A stretch of 64,000 nt of DNA from Escherichia coli (GTDB taxonomy: Bacteria > Pseudomonadota > Gammaproteobacteria > Enterobacterales > Enterobacteriaceae): assembly GCF_024700885.2 (NCBI RefSeq), contig NZ_CP117016.1, one strand, 5' to 3'. Both the position numbers and the translations under genes were made by a program. The notes beneath the pieces are model-generated. The model was not told the origin of the DNA and made no database searches. It worked only from the letters and a program-made list of their open reading frames with translations. This document shows positions 1-8,787 of this stretch, piece after piece (the first letter of the stretch is position 1; the number at the start of each line of letters is the position of its first letter).

Positions 1-215
1 AGTCAAATTTGTCCAACTTCCCTTGATTAAAAACAACGAGTTTTTTTATAGAAAAGAAAAACTTTCTCGCATAAGCTGAACTAAAATTCACAGCAGTATA
101 GGCAAGGGTCTCTTTTATAGATGCTAATAAGATAGCATTAATGTTTCTTTCAAAATATGAGAAATTTAATTTAACATCTTTGCTGAGAAACCAAACACTA
201 TCATGTAAACTAAAA

Positions 216-1547
216 TTATTTCTGCTGTCTTTTGCCTTTAATACCAAGTAATTTTCTAACATTAATGCTTTCATCTATTTCTCCTTCAATTTTATTTATG
301 ATTTCTTGATTCACTAAATCTGCCTCTTCAAAAGCTTTTAAAGTTTCTTCACTAATATAACGATTGTTATAAATCAAAGCCGTTTTGGAGTTCATTTTCC
401 ACCCCATTCTTACGCATCTGATTCTATCTAATTGGGTCAATCTATATTGATCAGTGACTCCTATGTATTTTAAACTGTAAATATAGTTCCATGTGTGCCG
501 TAGACAATGCCCTGTGAAATTTTGAAAAGATACTCCATTGAATTCAATTCTACTTATTTGCTTAATTACTTTATGATATGCACTTATTGACAGAGGAAAT
601 CCTTCCGTAGGACCAGATTTTTGAGTAATAAATAAGTAATTATGATTTAAGCTTTTCGAATAGAAAGACCTATCATTGTCTATATATGAAGAGATTTGCA
701 TAGACAATTTTTTGCTAATATTTAATTCTCGTTCAAATGTTTTAACAAGTGGTTGAAAAACTCTTGGGTCTGCTGGATCATTTATTCTTTTACAAACTTT
801 CAGATATCTTTTTTCCTTGTTAAAATCAGTAATTTTCAAGTTCAATAGCTCACCCCCTCGCATTCCAGTTTCCTGAAGAATGAGGATTATGAGTTGATTT
901 CTTTTACGGCAACTGATATCAACAAATGGATTGTATTGGCTTTCAGGTTCTATACATTGCAATAGAATGTCTAAGCTTTCTTTTTCTAATGATTTAAAAT
1001 CATTATTCAAATAGAATTGAGAGTTTAATTTTGGTTTATGTTTACGAAAAAGCAAACTAACACTTTTTGATATAATGTTTGTCTCATATATTGTAGTGCT
1101 AAAATATGATTCATAAATCCAAGAAATGTAGGAACTAATTACTGTCAATCTATAATGAAGATTTTCTTGATTGATCTTTTTATACTCTTTTATATCTATA
1201 ACTTTTTGTTTTTTATTTTTAACTCTAAGTTGTTCTGACAATGAATAGATTTCAGTAAAGCTAAGGAAGGTCTTAGATCTAATTCTTTCGATAAGATTTA
1301 TATTTGATTCTATTAGATAATTTTCAAAAGCAATCAAAGTGTAAGCATTTCTCAATACTGTATTAAATGACTTATTCTTTTGCTTATATAGCAAACTAAG
1401 ATATATATTTTGATAATACAATGGCAAACCGTTTTTTGAATCCAAAATCATACAAAATCTGCTTCCATCACTCGCCATTAACTTCTTTACTGAATATCTC
1501 CTATTCATTATCACCCCATAATTTATTTTTTTATTTATAGGTAACAT
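216..1547 (-). mobile_element. Tyrosine site-specific recombinase (phage integrase family), AT-rich foreign gene
   Basis: 443 aa ORF; recombinase motifs seen in translation: ETGMRGGELLNL (box I Arg), GHCLRHTWNY (H-x-x-R), LIYNNRY (candidate catalytic Tyr). Strongly AT-rich codon usage unlike flanking core genes. ATG at 1545-1547. Confidence 0.6.
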
Positions 1548-1626
1548 AATTTTTTAGCAAGTTACAAATTTATTTGCTATTATTTTCAATGACCTTATTA
1601 CTCGCGACTCTAATAAAGAATCGGCC

Positions 1627-1652
1627 ATATATTCACCTTAAGGTGAATATAT
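1627..1652. promoter_or_regulatory. Perfect 26-bp palindrome ATATATTCACCTTAAGGTGAATATAT just upstream of the tRNA cluster; candidate operator or recombinase site
   Basis: Read directly: 11-bp inverted arms around a TTAA centre, followed by TTGACG at 1661-1666. Function unverified. Confidence 0.3.
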
Positions 1653-1680
1653 ATTCCCTCTTGACGCTCCAAAAAACAAT

Positions 1681-1757
1681 GCGGTAGTAGTTCAGTTGGT
1701 CAGAATATTCCCCTGTCACGGGAATGGTCGTGGGTTCGAGTCCCATCTATCGCGCCA
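1681..1757 (+). tRNA. tRNA-Asp (anticodon GUC), island-borne
   Basis: Manual cloverleaf fold: acceptor GCGGTAG/CTATCGC, D arm GTTC/GAAT, anticodon stem TTCCC/GGGAA with loop CTGTCAC, T arm GTGGG-TTCGAGT-CCCAT, discriminator G, encoded CCA. Confidence 0.7.
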
Positions 1758-1761
1758 GAAA

Positions 1762-1836
1762 GGGCAATTAACTCATTGGTAGAGTGTATCTCTTACAAAG
1801 ATATGGCGGTTGGTTCGATTCCAACATTGCCCACCA
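1762..1836 (+). tRNA. tRNA-Val (anticodon UAC), island-borne
   Basis: Manual fold: acceptor GGGCAAT/ATTGCCC, D arm ACTC/GAGT, anticodon stem TATCT/AGATA with loop CTTACAA, T arm GTTGG-TTCGATT-CCAAC, encoded CCA. Differs from the chromosomal E. coli tRNA-Val sequence as recalled. Confidence 0.7.
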
Positions 1837-1847
1837 AAACATAAAAT

Positions 1848-1918
1848 GCGTCAGTATTTCAATGGTAGAATAAAACATTGCCAATGTTTAGGTGAGGGTT
1901 CGATCCCCCTATATTTAC
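1848..1918 (+). tRNA. tRNA-like element with Gly (GCC) anticodon arm; 3-prime acceptor strand not complementary, so possible pseudo-tRNA or recombination remnant
   Basis: D arm TTTC/GAAT, anticodon stem AAACA/TGTTT with loop TTGCCAA, T loop TTCGATC present. 5-prime acceptor GCGTCAG has no complementary 3-prime strand (ATATTTA) and no CCA. Confidence 0.3.
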
Positions 1919-2104
1919 TTTAGTTAGTAACTCATTGATATAAAATAAATAATAGAAAAGTGTAATTTGTTTTGTAAAGCACAAATAAGAAATTAGAAAA
2001 TATTTAAATGTACAGTGTACGAAAAATTAACCAACTATGTTAATGGCAACTATATGATGATAAAATTACTCATCTAACGATCTATATTATATGAGTAATG
2101 TTTC

Positions 2105-2680
2105 ATGGTACGAAAAATCTCTACATTTTTAAAGATAATAGGAGTTATAGGTTCTTTATGCGGGATTATTGCGACAGTATTCACAATCTATGCGTACTAC
2201 AACCCGACCTCCCCTTCTACTCAGAGATATGACAGTATTGTAGGAAGCTGGCTATCTGATTACTCTTACACCGTAAAAGGGAATACCGTTAGGGTTAATG
2301 GAAAAACGACCTTCTTCTCTAATGGAAAATACAACTTTCATGGCAGTATCTCTATTGACTCTAATGCTCCAGGTGACCATATATTAATAGATTATCTTTC
2401 TGATGGTGCTGGTGATTGGGAACTATATGATAATGAGTTAATTACATCATTAAATAGCCTAAAAACAAAACCTATGAAGCTGGCTTTAAATAACGAAGAT
2501 CTTGATCCACTGAAAATAGAGGTGATAAACAATAAAAAGTTACCAACTATTGAGGAGAATATGGCTGATGGGAAAAACCAATCCTATAAAATAATAAAAT
2601 CTTCAAAAAGCCAGTTAACATTGGAGGTTATTAACGAAATCGGAAGCAATTTCAACTTTACTATGCAAAAAACAAAATAG
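2105..2680 (+). CDS. Hypothetical membrane-anchored protein (single N-terminal TM helix), island cargo
   Basis: 191 aa ORF; hydrophobic N-terminus FLKIIGVIGSLCGIIATVFTIYAYY; AT-rich; convergent with the helicase gene and sharing a terminator with it. Confidence 0.45.
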   Translation: MVRKISTFLKIIGVIGSLCGIIATVFTIYAYYNPTSPSTQRYDSIVGSWLSDYSYTVKGNTVRVNGKTTFFSNGKYNFHGSISIDSNAPGDHILIDYLSDGAGDWELYDNELITSLNSLKTKPMKLALNNEDLDPLKIEVINNKKLPTIEENMADGKNQSYKIIKSSKSQLTLEVINEIGSNFNFTMQKTK

Positions 2681-2682
2681 AA

Positions 2683-2714
2683 ATGATGGCGATCTGAAAT
2701 CGCCATCATTTTTC
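2683..2714. terminator. Bidirectional rho-independent terminator between convergent genes
   Basis: Hairpin TGATGGCGAT-cugaa-ATCGCCATCA followed by TTTTT. Confidence 0.5.
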
Positions 2715-4560
2715 AACCTTGATAATCTTCAGCCTCGATACCACAATAAGTTATCATGTTTGTTATTAACGGTATATCATTACAATTCTGCTTGAAAGAC
2801 CTGCCATAACTATTGTTTCTTATTTTACAACGAGTCATTAATACTTCTTCAATGGCTCTTGAAAATGCCACAAAGACTGTTTTTTGATTTTCTATTTGCT
2901 CTTCTTCTTTACCAAAATAGGCACCAGGTTCAAGCCCCACAACGATGACCTTCCTGAACTCTAACCCTTTACTTTTATGGATGGTCATAAGAGGTATTGT
3001 TTTATTGCCAAGTAATAAATCAATGGCTTCTGATGTGTTTTCTTTTACATCTAACTTATCGAGGTGGCGAGAAAGTAATTCTATGCTATATTCTAAAACA
3101 TTCCCACTCATATACTGCGGAAAGTAAGACTTTATTTTATCGACACCAAATATACTTAATAATGAATATAAATAATCGACAATTTCTCCTTTAATTACCC
3201 GATGAGATTTAATAAACTGGCTAAGTTCTTTTTCTAACCGTGTAACATCACCTCTTTTACTTACTCCTCTTATATTACATAGAAGCTCCATTGTAGTGGC
3301 CCAGCTTTCTATGGATTTTCTATTACAGACAAACATTAGCATTTGTAAAAGTAACTGTACTACAGCTTCATTTAAAAGATCCTGATACTCGTTCTCAAGG
3401 CGACATTGTATTTTCAAATATTGCAATGCTGAAATGATATCGTCTGTATATTGTTTAGCCGGGTTTCTTAGCAGTATACATATATCTCTTTCATTTACTC
3501 CTTCAGCAATCCATTGCTGGATACATAATGCTATATATGCCCCTTCAATACTACTTTCGTCAAATTGTAGTAACTTAGCTGAACCTTCATTTTCAATCAA
3601 CATCATATCAGGCTTTATATCAGCATGATTCATGAAAGCTTCCATCATGCGTTGATAATTTATGAGGTTTTTTAATGACCTTCTATTGCTAACTAATTCA
3701 TTAGATTGTTCGATTCCAAAATCTTTTTTAAACACATCAAAAGCATTGTGCATTGCACCTGCCCAACCCATTATTCTTTGTTTTGTATCACCGACTGCTG
3801 TTATTTTTATTTTTTTACCCAAGAAAATGCTCTTAAAAATCTCATATTGCCTATATGTTGTGTCCTGAAACTCATCGATAAAAGCATAGTCATATGTTGA
3901 ATTTATAGCATTAGATAAATATTGATTCCTACTAATAATATAATTAGCAAGAAAATTAATCATCTTGAATGAAATCCTTGATTTTGGTTTTAATAAGTGT
4001 AACCACACAAACCGTCTTATCCTGCCATCAACAGAATGTTCTAATGCTTTATTATAAGGAGTTACTATATAATTCTCTTCAAAATTATAAGGTTGTAATT
4101 TATTTAATTCTTCAGATGTTAAACCTTCAAAGCCTACGGCCTCTCTTTTAATTTCTTCAACTAAATCATTATTATTTGGAAAGATTATTTCATAGTCATT
4201 TGATGGACGATAAGATTCCGGAATAGTGCTTTTAAAGCGATCAACAATACTTTTACAGAATGCATCAAATGTTGTTGATTCAAATTTGTGTCTATATTTT
4301 GTATCAAGCCGTGAGTTTACTCTATCTTGAAGATTTTTGGCCGCATCTTTTTTAAAGGATAATGCAATTATTTTTTTATTGCTGCATTTTCCTGTCTCAA
4401 TCAAGAAACAAGCTTTCTGAGCCAATAATTCTGTTTTACCTGCACCGGGACCAGCAAGAACGAGATTATGCCCTGTACTATTTCGAATTACCCTCATAGC
4501 CTCGTCTTCTACTTCTTGGATATCCTTTAAAACCCAATCGGCATCTTTAATAGTCGGCAT
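2713..4560 (-). CDS. UvrD/PcrA-like superfamily 1 helicase (GajB-like)
   Basis: 615 aa; SF1 helicase motifs in translation: LAGPGAGKTELL (I), IDEFQDTT (II), GDTKQRIMGW (III), VSNRRS (IV), TIHKSKGLEF (V), VAFSRA (VI). ATG overlaps the upstream stop by 1 nt (TAATG). Confidence 0.8.
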   Translation of the reverse strand: MPTIKDADWVLKDIQEVEDEAMRVIRNSTGHNLVLAGPGAGKTELLAQKACFLIETGKCSNKKIIALSFKKDAAKNLQDRVNSRLDTKYRHKFESTTFDAFCKSIVDRFKSTIPESYRPSNDYEIIFPNNNDLVEEIKREAVGFEGLTSEELNKLQPYNFEENYIVTPYNKALEHSVDGRIRRFVWLHLLKPKSRISFKMINFLANYIISRNQYLSNAINSTYDYAFIDEFQDTTYRQYEIFKSIFLGKKIKITAVGDTKQRIMGWAGAMHNAFDVFKKDFGIEQSNELVSNRRSLKNLINYQRMMEAFMNHADIKPDMMLIENEGSAKLLQFDESSIEGAYIALCIQQWIAEGVNERDICILLRNPAKQYTDDIISALQYLKIQCRLENEYQDLLNEAVVQLLLQMLMFVCNRKSIESWATTMELLCNIRGVSKRGDVTRLEKELSQFIKSHRVIKGEIVDYLYSLLSIFGVDKIKSYFPQYMSGNVLEYSIELLSRHLDKLDVKENTSEAIDLLLGNKTIPLMTIHKSKGLEFRKVIVVGLEPGAYFGKEEEQIENQKTVFVAFSRAIEEVLMTRCKIRNNSYGRSFKQNCNDIPLITNMITYCGIEAEDYQG

Positions 4561-6548
4561 TAAAGTAATCCTCTTACTGTTTCGATAATTTCATTAAGAA
4601 CTTCAGGACTATCATCTCTTAACTTATCGTCTTCCATTTTTGATAGAACATAATTGTGCGATAATGGTTTACCTCTTCCTAAAAATAGGTAACGATACCA
4701 AAAATATTTTTCATAATCATCGAACTCACTAATATCAATATCTTTCTCTTCTTTTTTCAAAACTGCAGCAATTGCCGATTTAACTTTATTATCATATTCA
4801 TGATCGTCATCTTTTGGCAATCTTGGCCCACCATTTTTGGGAACAAATGTCTTATAATCCTCAAAGAATTTATTAAGCATTAGCCAATCTAAATCGTAGG
4901 GGTAAGAAAAATAAACATTATAATCTTTTAGACAATTAATCCATGCCGATTCATTATCTTGATCCTCATCCCATGTATGCATTTTTTCAAGCTCTTCATC
5001 ACTTAAAGTTCCTGAAGTAATACTTAACAATTCATTTTTATCTGCACCTATAGATATTAATTGTTTGACTGCATATTTAATTCTTCCCCAACCACCACCT
5101 CCTCCTCTCTTGAAATCATAGTCGAGAAGAGTCACATGTGGAATTGAAAGCTCATTGAGTAACTTCCAAAAATGATTAACATATCGCCCTCCTAATGGAG
5201 CAAATGTTATCAATGAAGTGTCAAGCTCTATACCATTTACTTGAGCTATTTTAGGTATTACTATTTCTTCGCTATCACCTTCACCAAGTATTACAACTTT
5301 TGCAAAATAAATTTCTGGATATGCCTTCACTGCTTCTTTTACATAAGTGAAAGTATCAACATTGTCTCCATCGTCTTCATCTTCGCTTGGTAATAATATT
5401 GGTTTGACAACAGTATTTTTATTATCATGTAGACGAAAATACCTTATATTTTCTGGTTCTACTCTATTGAGTAATGAAGGTGCGTGTGTTGTTAAAACAA
5501 CCTGTGCTCGATCATTCTCAGATATATCTTCACATAGTTTAACTATTCTTCCTAAATATTGGGGTGAAAGATGATTTTCTGGTTCTTCGATTAATATTAT
5601 CGTTAAATTTGGAGGATCTAATGCTTCTACTGATATTGATAATTCATTTTCTCCTGAATTAATGATCTCATCTTCAATATCAAATGCAGATTTGACTAAC
5701 GAAAGATAAAACAATGACTTCATACCATCACTCAATCTTTCAGTTGGTAATGGCTGAGTCACCGGAGTAGGCATAAATACAGTATCTATATGCTTTAATA
5801 CATCTTCTATTCCATTCATTACTGGCTGAATTTTAAGCTGTTCAAAATACCCTCCGCTAAAAAGAGTTTTCCAATTTCTGCCCAATGAAGATGTTATTGT
5901 CTGAACCCCAATTTCTTCTTGGAACTGGTTTCCGATTGATTCTGCAACCTCATCAACCGTTGAACTCATCTGTTCAGACCATTCAACTGCATTTATCAAA
6001 CGGTGCATGATGGTTCCGGCTGTTTGCTTCAGTTGTTGAGCAGGATCGCGATAAGCAGGGACATAATGAACATGGATTTTTGATCTTTCATATGCTGTAA
6101 TATTTTTTTCATATTCTCCTATTTCCCATACTAAATCACTATCTATATCCCCTTCTGCAAGATTAGTTTTTGTCCATTTAGCTTTTAATTTTGCTATACA
6201 GTATGGGATCTGGTCTGCTTCATTTGAGACCAAATGCTTAAAGAAATCAGCGACTGAATCGTCCTCACCATCTTGCAGATCTGCAAATTCAAATTTTACA
6301 CGAACTGATAATTCTCTTTCATCTTGAGTATCGATTTCATCTCCAGGAGGAACATAAAAATCATCAACTTGAACAATTCTATCGGAGCTTTTGACACCAA
6401 ACATCCTTGTCAATGCGAGGAGAACAGCCGTCTTACCTGTTCCATTCCCTCCAATTAAGCTGGTGAATGAATTTATATTTATAGTTTGCCCTACATTATC
6501 AAAGCTCTTAAAACCTTTGATCTCCATTTGTGTAATTTTCATTATCAC
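4560..6548 (-). CDS. OLD-family ABC-type ATPase with C-terminal TOPRIM nuclease domain (GajA-like)
   Basis: 662 aa ORF from a GTG; likelier ATG start at 6542 with GAGGTG Shine-Dalgarno. Walker A GGNGTGKT, ILIEEPENHLSP (Walker B/D-loop typical of OLD ATPases), VLTTHAP (H-loop), TOPRIM-like VVILGEGDSEEIV and LLDYDFKRGGGGGWG. Confidence 0.8.
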   Translation of the reverse strand: MIMKITQMEIKGFKSFDNVGQTININSFTSLIGGNGTGKTAVLLALTRMFGVKSSDRIVQVDDFYVPPGDEIDTQDERELSVRVKFEFADLQDGEDDSVADFFKHLVSNEADQIPYCIAKLKAKWTKTNLAEGDIDSDLVWEIGEYEKNITAYERSKIHVHYVPAYRDPAQQLKQTAGTIMHRLINAVEWSEQMSSTVDEVAESIGNQFQEEIGVQTITSSLGRNWKTLFSGGYFEQLKIQPVMNGIEDVLKHIDTVFMPTPVTQPLPTERLSDGMKSLFYLSLVKSAFDIEDEIINSGENELSISVEALDPPNLTIILIEEPENHLSPQYLGRIVKLCEDISENDRAQVVLTTHAPSLLNRVEPENIRYFRLHDNKNTVVKPILLPSEDEDDGDNVDTFTYVKEAVKAYPEIYFAKVVILGEGDSEEIVIPKIAQVNGIELDTSLITFAPLGGRYVNHFWKLLNELSIPHVTLLDYDFKRGGGGGWGRIKYAVKQLISIGADKNELLSITSGTLSDEELEKMHTWDEDQDNESAWINCLKDYNVYFSYPYDLDWLMLNKFFEDYKTFVPKNGGPRLPKDDDHEYDNKVKSAIAAVLKKEEKDIDISEFDDYEKYFWYRYLFLGRGKPLSHNYVLSKMEDDKLRDDSPEVLNEIIETVRGLL

Positions 6549-7195
6549 CTCAATTGCTGTTTTAAAAAATTATAATCACTAATTATTTCTGCGTTTGTAA
6601 TGATTTCTTGTGAGCACAGCTTAAAACATTCTAAAAATATATTTTTATTATCGTTATGTTCCCAATGTTTTTTCAAAGCTTCTTCAATTGAAATCCAAAT
6701 AACTTGAAAATCGTTATTAGATATTTGGCTTGTTAAAACTGTTTCTTCCACACAAAGTATATGCCCTAAGATGACATCATCGTATATGTCAGTATCTGAA
6801 TCTCTAACTCCTAACCTTTTTATTTTCCTTTTTTGGATGATTTTATTTTTAACAATAAAAGGATGTTCTTCTATAAAATCGGTCAATGATGTAAAAGCCA
6901 AGCCACGAACCTGAGCACCATGCATTGAACTATTTACTTTATGGATATCTCTCCAAACTCGCAGATCACCTAATACATAGAGAACCCGCTGATTTCTCGC
7001 TTTCGTATCTTCTGCTTGGTATTGGATATAAGGTGGCCCTCCCCCATTTTGTCTATATCGGGCAAGGGTTTTGATGCTTATGCCAAGAAAGACAGAAGCA
7101 AGCTCACTATTTACAGTGGCAGAATCAGGCATTTGACCAAATAGTTTCCATACCTCTGAATACTCCCGCAAAACTTCCACCACACTCATCTTCAC
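6545..7195 (-). CDS. HTH-domain protein (excisionase/MerR-like N-terminus plus uncharacterised ~130 aa C-terminal domain), first gene of the defense operon
   Basis: 216 aa ORF (GTG at 7195 or ATG at 7189). N-terminal ELASVFLGISIKTLARYRQNGGGPPYIQY resembles excisionase-type HTH. Starts within 2 nt of the integrase stop and ends 2 nt before the GajA-like start. Confidence 0.5.
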   Translation of the reverse strand: MKMSVVEVLREYSEVWKLFGQMPDSATVNSELASVFLGISIKTLARYRQNGGGPPYIQYQAEDTKARNQRVLYVLGDLRVWRDIHKVNSSMHGAQVRGLAFTSLTDFIEEHPFIVKNKIIQKRKIKRLGVRDSDTDIYDDVILGHILCVEETVLTSQISNNDFQVIWISIEEALKKHWEHNDNKNIFLECFKLCSQEIITNAEIISDYNFLKQQLR

Positions 7196-8655
7196 TCCCT
7201 CGTTTCAGGTAATGGAGGATACTTAGCCGAAGCAAGTAACACATTGTATAATTTAGGAGCAGTCATAAGCATATGCAACTCAATCCTTTGTAATGCTTCA
7301 AAAATCCGTTCTTGATCAGGTTCTGCATACCTTTCTGTTGGATCTGTTGTATTTCTGTGATTGAGCAGTCTCTTAACGACGGCATATGAAACAAGTTCTT
7401 CAGCAACCCTACCAAATGTCCTTCGTAGATCATGCATACCAAGCTTCAGGATTCCCGCCTCTTGGCAGATATATTCCCTTAGACTTTTACTATCGGAATA
7501 GTGACCAACTTTACTTCGAGAAGAACGGGCCGGGAAAACCCACTTCTGTTTGTCCTTCTGGGTTACCGTATCGTTTACTATGTCTCTTCTATCTTCCAAA
7601 ATTCTTTTGACAGCATCACAAATCGGAAGCTCGTGATCGTTTCGATTCTTAGTGTCGTAAAAACGGATAGTTCTGTTACTCAGGTCAACATAGCTTGTCG
7701 TTTTAGCTTCTTCCTTTGTAAGAGACTCTCGCCAACACAGAGAAGCTGTTTCTTCCTTACGAGCACCTAAGAGAACGGTAAGTAGCAGATAATCGCACCC
7801 AAGCCGGTTGAAGCTTCTCTTGTTGAACAATGCAGTCAAGAACCGACCAAGTGTATCCTTTGGTGATAAGGGGTTTCTGACACCTTTTGCCCGATAACTA
7901 TCCTCAAGCTCAGAACGTGTCCTAAACTTTTTCTGTACCTTTAAGATACTGAAAGGGTTGTAAGATAGAGAAGGTTGTCGTTGCTGGGTCTGAGCATTCC
8001 CAGCTTCAATCTCTATTGCGTGTTTTACAGCAACATTCGCCCACCTAAAGGTCTGTTCCGCTGCTGTTCTGGCTCTTGAAGCAATCTCATCAAACTTCCT
8101 AAGAATTTCATTACCAGTAAGATCTTTAACTCGCAAACCAGCCCACTCAGAAAGCCTGTTTTCTGCTTTATCTAATACAGCCAAGGTGTTGGGTTTAGCT
8201 GGTTTCGCTCTACCCAGCAGATGCTGGCGGTATTGTGCAAACACTTCACTGATAGTGAGTTCAGAAGCATCGGACTCCCGTTTTATTTTGTTAGGGTTCC
8301 TTTTGGTCAACTTCATGGTTTGAACTAAATTGCGAGCAACCTCGCGGGCTTGATCGATGTTAGCGAAATCAGAGACATTGCCAATTGTAGACCTGATAAC
8401 CTCAGATGGGGATTTTCCCCCTGTCTTAGGGCGATTGCCAGGAGAAGAGACTCGTCGCTGAACGATATAGGTCTTTTTCGTTGCACTGATTTTGACACCA
8501 AAACCAACGGGTGAATCCCGGTGATTATCAGTGATAAGATACGGTTTTCGCTCTGGATTGGGTAAGTAGACTACTCTGCCTTGCGGATCAAGGCTCGGTT
8601 TCACGTCGATAGATAACTTATTGATTATAATCGACTGATTGAGTGTCATTTTCAT
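7192..8655 (-). mobile_element. int: P4-type tyrosine integrase
   Basis: ORF track 7192..8763; trimmed to internal ATG (MKMTLNQ...) at 8653-8655. N-terminal arm-binding-like region (YLITDNHRDSPVGFGVKISATKKTYIVQRR), box I ARKEE, HDLRRTF, C-terminal ERY. Near-host GC, unlike the cargo. Confidence 0.8.
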
Positions 8656-8658
8656 CGA

Positions 8659-8717
8659 TGTATACCAGTGGTTCAAGTGTGTATACCAGATAGTAGCTAG
8701 AATACTTCTGGTATACA
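8659..8717. repeat. Three copies of TGTATACCAG (two direct, one inverted) at the integrase 5-prime end; candidate integrase-binding or att-associated sites
   Basis: Exact 10-mers at 8659-8668 and 8680-8689 (direct) and 8708-8717 (inverted), between the integrase start and mutS. Confidence 0.45.
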
Positions 8718-8787
8718 AATTTATGGGTTTATGTGAGTTTAAAGGGGTATCACTTGGGGCCACATAAGTACTCAGAAGACTTTAAAA

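Noticed and set aside
2713-6548. Assignment of the ATPase/helicase pair to PARIS, Septu or Lamassu instead of Gabija
   Set aside because: The partner is a full UvrD-like SF1 helicase and the ATPase carries its own TOPRIM-like C-terminus, which fits Gabija rather than systems with HNH or DUF4435 partners. Not verified by HMM.
1-8760. Island as a complete prophage
   Set aside because: No capsid, tail, terminase or lysis genes in the visible part; content is recombinases, tRNAs and a defense operon, which fits a small integrative island or satellite-like element.
8761-8763. Integrase start at the ORF-track position 8763
   Set aside because: The extension adds 36 residues with no integrase similarity and reaches the mutS upstream region; the internal ATG at 8655 begins the recognisable integrase N-terminus.
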